Shown in pieces: positions 28,627-36,320 of a stretch of DNA of 39,381 nucleotides. This stretch comes from an uncultured bacterium (GTDB lineage Bacteria; CSSED10-310; CAZUFC01): NCBI GenBank assembly GCA_964619725.1, contig CAZUFC010000082.1:1-39381 (forward strand). Direction: 5' to 3'. The translations under genes were made by a program, and so were the position numbers. Position 1 is the first letter of the stretch, and each line of letters begins with the position of its first letter. A model generated the notes under the pieces. That model was not told the origin of the DNA. It did no database searches and saw nothing but the letters and a program-made list of their open reading frames with translations.

Positions 28627-29838
28627 ATGAGCGATCTTCTGGAACTTTTGAAGAGCAAAAAAATCATCGTATGTTGCGGAAGCGGAGGCGTAGGCAAGAC
28701 AACCGTATCGGCAGCTCTGGCCTTGCAGGCGGCTGTGACCGGAAAACGCTCAGCCGTCTTGACCATCGATCCCGCCAAACGCCTGGCCAACGCCCTCGGC
28801 ATGGAAAAACTTAAAAACAAAGAAACGGAAATCAATCCTCAACTGTTTAAAGAATTCGATCTCTCCATTAAGGGTAAATATTATGCTTTGACTCTCGACA
28901 CAAAACGCACATTCGATGAAATAATCGACAATTTTTCTCCCTCAGATCGCATCAGAGACCGCATATATGAAAATAAAATCTATAAGATACTCACCGATGC
29001 CCTCTCCGGAACGCAGGAATACATGGCGCTGGAAAAACTGCATGAACTGGCCGGAAAGAAAAAATTCGACGTCATCATATTGGATACGCCGCCCAGCAGA
29101 AACGCTCTGGAATTCCTGAAAGCCCCCGCCAGACTCTCTCAATTCATGACCAACAATAAATTCTTCCGCATCTTCCTTTCACCCGGCATGTCGGCAGGAA
29201 GATGGGGACTGAAAATATTGTCTTTCGGCGGTTCTTCGGTCATGAAAGTCCTGGAGAAAGCCACCGGCGCTGAATTGATCAAAGACATCGCTGAATTTTT
29301 TCAAAATTTTGAAGAACTTATTGAAGGTTTCGGCACCCGGGCTGATGAAATAGAGCAATTAATGAAGTCTTCAAAAACCGCTTTTATACTGGTGTCCACA
29401 GCGGATGCGGCTTCCTTGAAGGAAATGAATTTCTTCAAGGATAAACTGACGCAATCCGGATATCCCTTCGGCGGCCTGATCGTCAACCGGATGCTCCCCG
29501 ACCTTTTCAGAATAAACGGCCATTCAAAAGAACTGGAAAATCTTACGGCCGGCAAAACAGATGTGGATGAATTCGTAAAACGCTACGAAAAGAAAACCTC
29601 CTGCAGCAATGATTGCTCCCTGGCGCTGAAAAGCCTGGCCGACATGTTCCTGAGACATCAGAAAAGAGCCGAATCAGATAAGATGGTTATCAAAAATATC
29701 CGCTCAGAACTGCCTGATAAGTATTTCCTGAAAACAATCCCCCTATTCGAAAAAGAAGTATCAGACATCCAGGGTCTGACGAAAATAACCCAGGCCCTGT
29801 TCAACTCCAAAAAGAAAAAGAATAAGAGCCCGGCATAA
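28627..29838 (+). CDS. ArsA/Get3-like (SIMIBI) ATPase, subunit 2
   Basis: CCGSGGVGKTT, TIDPAKRLA, GTQEYMALEKL, LDTPP, IVNR. Start chosen at ATG 28627 (ORF track 28573). Confidence 0.87.
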   Translation: MSDLLELLKSKKIIVCCGSGGVGKTTVSAALALQAAVTGKRSAVLTIDPAKRLANALGMEKLKNKETEINPQLFKEFDLSIKGKYYALTLDTKRTFDEIIDNFSPSDRIRDRIYENKIYKILTDALSGTQEYMALEKLHELAGKKKFDVIILDTPPSRNALEFLKAPARLSQFMTNNKFFRIFLSPGMSAGRWGLKILSFGGSSVMKVLEKATGAELIKDIAEFFQNFEELIEGFGTRADEIEQLMKSSKTAFILVSTADAASLKEMNFFKDKLTQSGYPFGGLIVNRMLPDLFRINGHSKELENLTAGKTDVDEFVKRYEKKTSCSNDCSLALKSLADMFLRHQKRAESDKMVIKNIRSELPDKYFLKTIPLFEKEVSDIQGLTKITQALFNSKKKKNKSPA

Positions 29839-29904
29839 GCAGCCGTAAAAGACTAAAAGGCAGCCGCCCGCCGCGCCGACCCGTATGCAGCAGTATGCAG
29901 CATC

Positions 29905-30631
29905 AAGCATCCGGAAAGGGGTCAAAGCCCGTCGGAAACTATTGCGAGAAAAGGACCGACTTCATCCATCCAACCTCAACCAGCCGTCATCAAGCATCCG
30001 GAACGGGGTCAGAGCCCTTCGGAAAATGCCGACCCTCTATCTTCTTTCTTATTCGTGAGATTCGCGTAATTCGTGGTTGAATTCAGAGAGGTTGCCTTCA
30101 CCATCGTCATGCCGGTTTACTCCGACCTACAATATAAAAAAATCGGCACTGATCAAAAATACACCTTGGAGTTTAAAGCATCCGGAAAGGGGTCAGAGCC
30201 CGTCGGAAAACGCCGACTCTCATATCTTCTTTCTTATTCGTGAGATTCGCGTAATTCGTGGTTGAATTCAGAAAGGTTGCCTTCACCATCGTCATGCCGG
30301 TTCACTCCGACCTACAATATAAAAAAATCGGCATTGATCAAAAATACGCCTTGGAGTTTAAAGCATCCGGAAAGGGGTCAGAGCCCGTCGGAAACTATTG
30401 CGAGAAAAGGACCGACTTCATCCATCCAACCTCAACCAGCCGGCATCAAGCATCCGGAACGGGGTCAGAGCCCTTCGGAAAACGCCGACTCTCATATCTT
30501 CTTTCTTATTCGTGAGATTCGCGTAATTCTTGGTTGAATTCAGAGAGGTTGCCTTCACCATCGTCATGCCGGTTTACTTCGACCTACAATATAAAAAATC
30601 GGCATTGATCAAAAATACGCCTTGGAGTTTA
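29905..30631 (+). repeat. Mosaic tandem array R-A-R-B-R-B-R-A-R-B
   Basis: R (34 bp) at 29905, 29992, 30176, 30361, 30448. A (53 bp) at 29939 and 30395. B (150-151 bp) at 30026, 30210, 30482. Copies differ by a few SNPs/indels. Confidence 0.93.
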
Positions 30632-30753
30632 GAATTTTACAGAACATCACACCATTTTGTTTCGATTGCGGTACCTGTATTGACCCCGATTTCTGAAATA
30701 AACTGTCAAAATTTTTTAAAGAAGCAGAAGGGTAACCCAGGTTTGATCAGTCG
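30601..30753 (+). repeat. Type 1 dispersed element, copy 4 (~5 degenerate hexamers)
   Basis: GGCATTGATCAAAAATACGCC ... TTTCGATTGCGGTACC ... CTGAAATAAACTGTCAAAA ... GGTAACCCAGGTTTGATCAGTCG. Confidence 0.82.
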
Positions 30754-30771
30754 CTCGAAATATAAAAAAAA

Positions 30772-32523
30772 TCATTCCCCTGACGTGGCTTCGTCCGCTT
30801 TTTTCAGCAGCTCTTTTTCCATTTTTTTCTTCTGTTCTTTGACGGTTTCCACGATATTATCGACAGGGATGTATTCCAGGTCACGGGAGTTGCGCCCCTT
30901 CATTTCGACCCCGCCTTTTTTCATGCTTCTTTGGCTCAGCGTCAGTCTTATCGGGCATCCGATCAGATCGGCATCGTTGAATTTTACGCCGGCTTTTTCA
31001 TCTCTGTCGTCGAACAGGACTTCAATTCCGGCCTTATTCAATTTTTCATACACATCACAAGCGATTGTAAACTCTTCGGTTTCGGTCCCGCCCAGGCTAG
31101 CCAGAAAAACATCGTACGGAGCGATGGACGCCGGCCATATTATGCCGTAATCGTCGTGGTGCTGTTCGACCACGGCGGCTGCCAGACGGCCTACGCCTAT
31201 GCCGTAGCATCCCATTATGACGACCTGCTGACCGCCTTTTTCATCCTGGTAATAGAGCTTCATTGATTCGCTGTATTTGGTCCCCAGCTTGAAAATATGA
31301 CCCAGTTCTATTCCCCGTGCCGTTTTCAACGGCTGCCCGCATTTCGGACAGGGGTCGCCGGGTTCGGCCTGAGCGATATCCGCGATGTGATCCGGTTTGA
31401 AGTCCCTGGGATAATTAACGTTTTTGATGTGATAATCCGGCTTGTTCGCGCCGCTGACGAAATTGGCGCCCCATTCGATCGATCTGTCCGCTATCACAAC
31501 GACATCCCTTGGTTTATCGATAGGGGAAGCGAAACCCGCCACTATGCCGGCCTCTTCCAAGTCATACTCATTGGCCGTTTCCAGGTTGGGCTCCTTTAAA
31601 AAATTGGCCAGCTTGACCTCGTTAACCTCACGATCCCCCCGCAACACGGCAAAAACGACTTTATCACCGGACTTATAAAACACGGCTTTCAAAGTCCGCT
31701 CAACCGGAACTCCCACAAACTCCGCCACCTCTTCTATGGTCCTTTTATCGGGAGTATGAACCTCTTCCATCGCCGCTTCCTGATCGTCCTTTTTGAATTC
31801 CGGGGGAGCGAATCCCGCATTTTCCAGGTTAGCCCTGTAATCACATGACTCGCACCTGATGATGGTATCCTCGCCGCTGTCGCATACCGCCATGAATTCG
31901 TGCGAACTGGAACCTCCCATCATGCCCGGATCGGCTTCCACAACCACGGCATCCAATCCGCATCGCTTGAATATACGGTCATAAGCCCTGTAAACTTCCG
32001 GGTAATATTCGTCCAGGTCCTTCCACTCCGTGTGAAAACTGTAAGCATCCTTCATCCTGAATTCCCGCACACGTATCAGCCCGCCGCGGGAACGGGGTTC
32101 GTCTCTTATCTTCGTCTGAATCTGATAAAGCATAAAAGGCAACTGCTTATGAGAACGCAATTCTTTCCGGGCTAAATCCGTTACGACCTCCTCGTGCGTC
32201 ATTCCCAGCACCATGTCCGCTCCCTTGCGGTCTCGAAAACGCACCAGCTCCGAACCGACGGCATCCCAACGGCCGCTCTCCTGCCACAATACCGCGGGAA
32301 TCATCACCGGCATCAATATCTCCTGTCCGCCGATGCGGTCCATCTCCTCCCGTATGATATTTTCAATTTTAGACAACACCCGCTGCCCCAACGGAAGATA
32401 ATCATATATCCCCGCCGATACCTGACGTATCATCGCCGCTCGTAGTAAAAGCCCATGGCTCGGTAATTGAACCTCTGCCGGAACCTGCCTCAACGTATTG
32501 CCGAATAATCGCGAAAAACGCAT
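30772..32523 (-). CDS. proS: Proline--tRNA ligase (bacterial type with editing insertion)
   Basis: SHGLLLRA, QESGRW, THEE, RDEPRSRGGLIRVREF, GHIFKLGTKYS, MGCYGIG, DDRDE..GVKFNDADLIG. Confidence 0.96.
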   Translation of the reverse strand: MRFSRLFGNTLRQVPAEVQLPSHGLLLRAAMIRQVSAGIYDYLPLGQRVLSKIENIIREEMDRIGGQEILMPVMIPAVLWQESGRWDAVGSELVRFRDRKGADMVLGMTHEEVVTDLARKELRSHKQLPFMLYQIQTKIRDEPRSRGGLIRVREFRMKDAYSFHTEWKDLDEYYPEVYRAYDRIFKRCGLDAVVVEADPGMMGGSSSHEFMAVCDSGEDTIIRCESCDYRANLENAGFAPPEFKKDDQEAAMEEVHTPDKRTIEEVAEFVGVPVERTLKAVFYKSGDKVVFAVLRGDREVNEVKLANFLKEPNLETANEYDLEEAGIVAGFASPIDKPRDVVVIADRSIEWGANFVSGANKPDYHIKNVNYPRDFKPDHIADIAQAEPGDPCPKCGQPLKTARGIELGHIFKLGTKYSESMKLYYQDEKGGQQVVIMGCYGIGVGRLAAAVVEQHHDDYGIIWPASIAPYDVFLASLGGTETEEFTIACDVYEKLNKAGIEVLFDDRDEKAGVKFNDADLIGCPIRLTLSQRSMKKGGVEMKGRNSRDLEYIPVDNIVETVKEQKKKMEKELLKKADEATSGE

Positions 32524-32799
32524 CTGTCTGCCCTCCCGAAAAAAAATCTTCGCTCACGTTCTGGAGTCTGAATATAACAGACCGCCGCCGTTTAAGCAAC
32601 AGGAATTCAATAACTTTAATTATTCTGTCATACGACCTGCCGGTTTCCGGCGCTTGACATCTGAGGCGCCGAATCGTTATATTTACGCGAGAGATTGTGC
32701 ACGGCGACAATCGAAAATAGTCTGATTTTTCTTTGTGTCGAAGAAACTGTTGCACTTCTTTTTCTGAGGAAATTTTCATCACTTTTACAAGGAGAAATT

Positions 32800-33009
32800 A
32801 TGAAACCCGAACGTGACGAAAATAAATTGCTCCGGCTTTATTCACCGGTGCAGACTTTCCAGGAAATTGTCGAGGAAGAAATATCCGCCAGACAGAAATT
32901 CGGCGATTCGGGCAATATTCCTTTCATAAAGGAAGCGGAAGAACTCGGCACGAGCATATTGGAAGAGCTTGAAACTCAGATCACCTTTCTTGCCTTATCG
33001 AAAAAATAG
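32800..33009 (+). CDS. Small hypothetical protein (69 aa)
   Basis: AAGGAG RBS before ATG 32800. Acidic, helical-looking sequence with no recognised motif. Confidence 0.6.
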   Translation: MKPERDENKLLRLYSPVQTFQEIVEEEISARQKFGDSGNIPFIKEAEELGTSILEELETQITFLALSKK

Positions 33010-33129
33010 CCCTTCCGCGCCGAAGTCCGTATCGCTTAAAGATCAACGGGGACCTGACACCGGGAAGCGTTTGATGATTCAACGACGCTGCCGTAAATTT
33101 TAAATCGTAACGCAAAAGCAGGGGAAATC

Positions 33130-35412
33130 ATGATAATAAAAAGGATCAAAGCCGACAACTTCATGAAGTATAAGCATCTTGAAATCGATAATTTGCCCTC
33201 CGAGGGCATCATAGGAATTTTCGGCCCCAACGAATCCGGTAAAACCACTATCGGAGCGGCCGTTCATTTCGCGTTCTTCGGAATGCCGCTGGACCCTTCG
33301 GTCAAGGACAACAAGAGCCTGATAAAGTGGTTTGAGCAGCGGAGCCTGGTTGAAGTGGATTTCACGATTGACGGTAATGATGATTATACCGTGGTCCGGG
33401 AAATGGACAGATCGGGTGAGGATCACACTATTGTTTTGGAAACGGATTCCAGGGAAGCCGTGGCCAGGGGAAAATCTGAAGTCGAAAAATGGATAGCCGA
33501 GCGCATCCGTTTCAACCGGCAGGACTTCCTGGACACTTTGTTCTTAACCCAGGATTCGCCCTCATTCATCAAGTTTTCTTCTGAACAGCAAAGGCTTTCC
33601 CGTTCATTTTCAGGCATAGTGATCTTTGAAAAAGCCATTGAACAGGTGCAGGAGTCCAAGGAGGAGTTGAAGCGCAACATCATCAGTTTAAAAGGCCGTT
33701 TAGAAGAAAATGTCGTGGATGAAGAGGAAAAACGGGAACTGCAAGGTAAAATAGAGAAGCTGGAGGAGCAGGAGAACAACCAGCAGGAAGAATTGAAGCA
33801 GCATGAAGAAAAACAGGCTTCCATAAAATCTGATATTGACAAATTGAACGCTCATGACCGGAAATGGCTGGAAGAGCGAGCCGAAATACAAAAACTGGAA
33901 AAAGCCGAAAATGCCGAATCCTTTGAAAACAGGGCGATTCAATATGAAAAACGCCCTGCTCCCGTTCCGGCCCCGGATGACGGCGTTGTTCCCAAAACCC
34001 TGATTGATGAAGAAAAAAAACTGCTGGATTCCGTTAAAGAAAGCAAATCCGTTTTCCGAACGCTTCAGAATTTGAAAACGACCGTCAAAAGCCTGGTTCA
34101 GAACGCTGATAAAGAAATCAAGGACCTGGAAGCGATAGTGCTGACTCACAAGAAAAAAATGAGCGCCCTGCAGAAAAAGAAGAAAGGCAGCAATGTCTGG
34201 GCGCTGATCTTCTGGATTCTCCTGGCCGCAGTCATAGGCCTCGGCGCTGTAGTGCAGTTTGCCGTCGGTCCTGAAAAAACCGCTAATTGGATTTCCGGTC
34301 AATTTACAGGATTACAGCTCAATTTTGTGCACGTCTACATAGCCCTGGGCGTCCTGGCGCTGATATTCCTTATCGTTGCCGTCTCAATCCAGGCTTCATC
34401 TTCAGGCAAAAAGAAATCCCTGAACAACATACAGTCGGAAATGACGCGGGTGGAAGAAAAAATATCCGAGAACCGCGACATCAAAGCAAAACTCGAAGCC
34501 CTGTCGGTCTTTGACCTGAAGAGTTTGTCGGCAGCAGTAGCGGAATTGAACTCGGAAAAATTGTCCAAGGCTTACAATGATTTCATCAGCAGTCACAAGA
34601 GTCTGGACCCCAATTCCCCTGACGTATCCAGAATGGTGTCCAACCTGATGAAAAGCATCGATCAGCAAAGGGAAAAAATAGTCAAGGAAATTCAGCAGCG
34701 CGACGGTCAGATAAAAGAATTGGAATCCAAAGCGGAAAGCATCGAATCGAACTTGAAAATGACGCGGGAATCGCTGGAAAACTGGCGAGAACAATGGAAA
34801 GCTGCGGAAGAAAAGGAAGCGACCTACAGGGATATCGAAAACCAGATATCTGAAGCGGAAAAAGGCATAAACGTCAGAGATAAACTGACCGAACTTTTCA
34901 GCCGGACGATCGATAAAGTCAGGTTGCGCTTTTCCGAAGGCGTATCGAGAATCTTGAGCCAGATGATAGGACAGATTACCGACGAAAGGTATCATGATGC
35001 CCAGGTGGCGGAAGACCTTAGCGTTAAAGTGTTCAGCAGGGAAAAGAACAATTTCGTCGAACCGTGGGAATTAAGCGGAGGCACCAGGGACCAGATTTCG
35101 CTGGGACTAAGGCTGGCGCTTTGCCAGGCAGGCATGCGCTCCAGGTTCAAGGAAGCGCCCAGTCAGTTCCTGTTTCTGGACGAGCCGATTCATTCTTCGG
35201 ACGTCATTCGCAGCAGTTCGCTGATGGAAGTATTAAGAAGCATCACGGAAGATTTTCCGCAACTTTTCCTGGTTTCACACTTCGCTGTTCAACCGGAAGA
35301 CATTACCGTCGATATGCATCTGGAAACAGGTGAAGAGGTTTTCCGTTACGATGCCGCTGAAGCGAAAAAGGAAGAACTGGACCAGGGTCCGGCTTTAGAC
35401 GAAATGTCGTAA
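33130..35412 (+). CDS. SMC/Rad50/SbcC-like (YhaN-type) ABC ATPase with internal transmembrane segments
   Basis: Walker A GPNESGKTT, long coiled coils, two hydrophobic helices mid-protein, signature LSGGTRDQ, Walker B FLFLDEP, H-loop VSH. Confidence 0.85.
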   Translation: MIIKRIKADNFMKYKHLEIDNLPSEGIIGIFGPNESGKTTIGAAVHFAFFGMPLDPSVKDNKSLIKWFEQRSLVEVDFTIDGNDDYTVVREMDRSGEDHTIVLETDSREAVARGKSEVEKWIAERIRFNRQDFLDTLFLTQDSPSFIKFSSEQQRLSRSFSGIVIFEKAIEQVQESKEELKRNIISLKGRLEENVVDEEEKRELQGKIEKLEEQENNQQEELKQHEEKQASIKSDIDKLNAHDRKWLEERAEIQKLEKAENAESFENRAIQYEKRPAPVPAPDDGVVPKTLIDEEKKLLDSVKESKSVFRTLQNLKTTVKSLVQNADKEIKDLEAIVLTHKKKMSALQKKKKGSNVWALIFWILLAAVIGLGAVVQFAVGPEKTANWISGQFTGLQLNFVHVYIALGVLALIFLIVAVSIQASSSGKKKSLNNIQSEMTRVEEKISENRDIKAKLEALSVFDLKSLSAAVAELNSEKLSKAYNDFISSHKSLDPNSPDVSRMVSNLMKSIDQQREKIVKEIQQRDGQIKELESKAESIESNLKMTRESLENWREQWKAAEEKEATYRDIENQISEAEKGINVRDKLTELFSRTIDKVRLRFSEGVSRILSQMIGQITDERYHDAQVAEDLSVKVFSREKNNFVEPWELSGGTRDQISLGLRLALCQAGMRSRFKEAPSQFLFLDEPIHSSDVIRSSSLMEVLRSITEDFPQLFLVSHFAVQPEDITVDMHLETGEEVFRYDAAEAKKEELDQGPALDEMS

Positions 35413-35441
35413 TTTTATGATCGATTTTTTACTGTTTTCTC

Positions 35442-35470
35442 TTGACATGAAGTTTCTTAATAATTATTTT
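35442..35470 (+). promoter_or_regulatory. Sigma70-type promoter for the tRNA pair
   Basis: TTGACA-N17-TATTTT upstream of tRNA-Val. Confidence 0.55.
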
Positions 35471-35520
35471 GAGGAAGCGTTGCAACGCCCCTCGGATTCT
35501 GTTAAACTTCATGGAATCTG

Positions 35521-35592
35521 GGGCGGATAGCTCAGCGGGAGAGCACCGGCCTTACAAGCCGGGGGTCGCAGGTTCAAACCCTGTTCCGCCCA
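35521..35592 (+). tRNA. tRNA-Val(TAC)
   Basis: Acceptor GGGCGGA/TCCGCCC, D arm TAGCTCAGCGGGAGAGC, anticodon arm CCGGC-CTTACAA-GCCGG, T loop GGTTCAAAC. CCA not encoded. Confidence 0.95.
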
Positions 35593-35618
35593 ACAAAAAG
35601 AATACTCAAAGGTTACGC

Positions 35619-35696
35619 GGGGGCGTAGTTCAGCTTGGATAGAACGCCGGCCTGTCACGCCGGAGGTCGCGAGTTCGAGCCTCGTCGTCCCCGCCA
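35619..35696 (+). tRNA. tRNA-Asp(GTC)
   Basis: Acceptor GGGGGCG/CGTCCCC, anticodon arm CCGGC-CTGTCAC-GCCGG, T loop GTTCGAG, ends GCCA. Confidence 0.96.
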
Positions 35697-35797
35697 TTTT
35701 TTTTCTTGAAGTTTTTATAGTCCCAAAAAACCGAAATGAATGACCGAAAGCTCTCCCCAAACAGAATCTTTTCCAAAAAAAGGCAGGGAAAAATAAA

Positions 35798-35998
35798 ATG
35801 TTCGGACTAGGAGTAACAGAACTCCTGATAATTTTAGTAATAGTATTGATCATTTTCGGAGTAGGCAAATTGCCTCAACTGGGATCGGCATTAGGCGAAG
35901 GCTTGAAAAACTTCAAGAAAGCCGTAGGACAGGAAGAAGACGAAGACAAACCAAAGGAACTGAAGGACGAAAATTCATCTGAAGACAACAGAAAATAA
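35798..35998 (+). CDS. tatA: Twin-arginine translocase TatA/E subunit
   Basis: [38 protein letters not shown] with an acidic tail. Confidence 0.93.
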   Translation: MFGLGVTELLIILVIVLIIFGVGKLPQLGSALGEGLKNFKKAVGQEEDEDKPKELKDENSSEDNRK

Positions 35999-36045
35999 CC
36001 CGTCAAGACAAAATCCAAAATCCAGGCCGAAAAAAAAAACAAAAT

Positions 36046-36113
36046 GTCCCTTCCGTCCCTTAGGTCCCTTAAGTCCCTTAGGTCCCTTCGTCCCTTTGTC
36101 CCTTTGTCCCTTC
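36046..36113 (+). repeat. Short tandem repeat (GTCCCTT-N1-2)x8
   Basis: gtcccttcc gtcccttag gtcccttaa gtcccttag gtcccttc gtcccttt gtcccttt gtcccttc. Confidence 0.9.
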
Positions 36114-36145
36114 ATATGTTAGCCCTTTGCCGGCAAAAACAAATC

Positions 36146-36313
36146 GGCATTGATCAAAAATGCGTCTTTTGAGGTTAAAATTCTGCGGAATATCCCATCA
36201 TTTTTTTTTCGATTGCGATTACGATTGCGATTACGATTGCGATACCGACCCCCGATAACTGAAACAAACTGTCGAAAGTTTTGAAAAAAGTGTAACCCCG
36301 GTTTAATCAGTCC
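36146..36313 (+). repeat. Type 1 dispersed element, copy 5 (~8 hexamer units)
   Basis: GGCATTGATCAAAAATGCGTCTTTTGAGGTTA ... (CGATTG/CGATTA)n CGATAC CGACCC ... GTGTAACCCCGGTTTAATCAGTCC. Confidence 0.88.
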
Positions 36314-36320
36314 CAACAAA

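Noticed and set aside
27421-29838. Arsenic resistance operon
   Set aside because: No arsR/arsB/acr3/arsC/arsD neighbours, and the motif pattern fits split Get3-like pairs better.
29905-30481. CRISPR array (34-bp repeat with spacers)
   Set aside because: Spacers are of only two recurring types with very unequal length (53 vs ~150 bp), the repeat also occurs dispersed, and no cas genes or leader are visible.
29895-30537. Short ORFs within the mosaic array
   Set aside because: They are translations of repeated non-coding units in shifting frames, with indels between copies and no RBS or known motifs.
35509-35868. 119-aa minus-strand ORF
   Set aside because: Antisense to two tRNAs and tatA; a typical spurious tRNA-derived translation.
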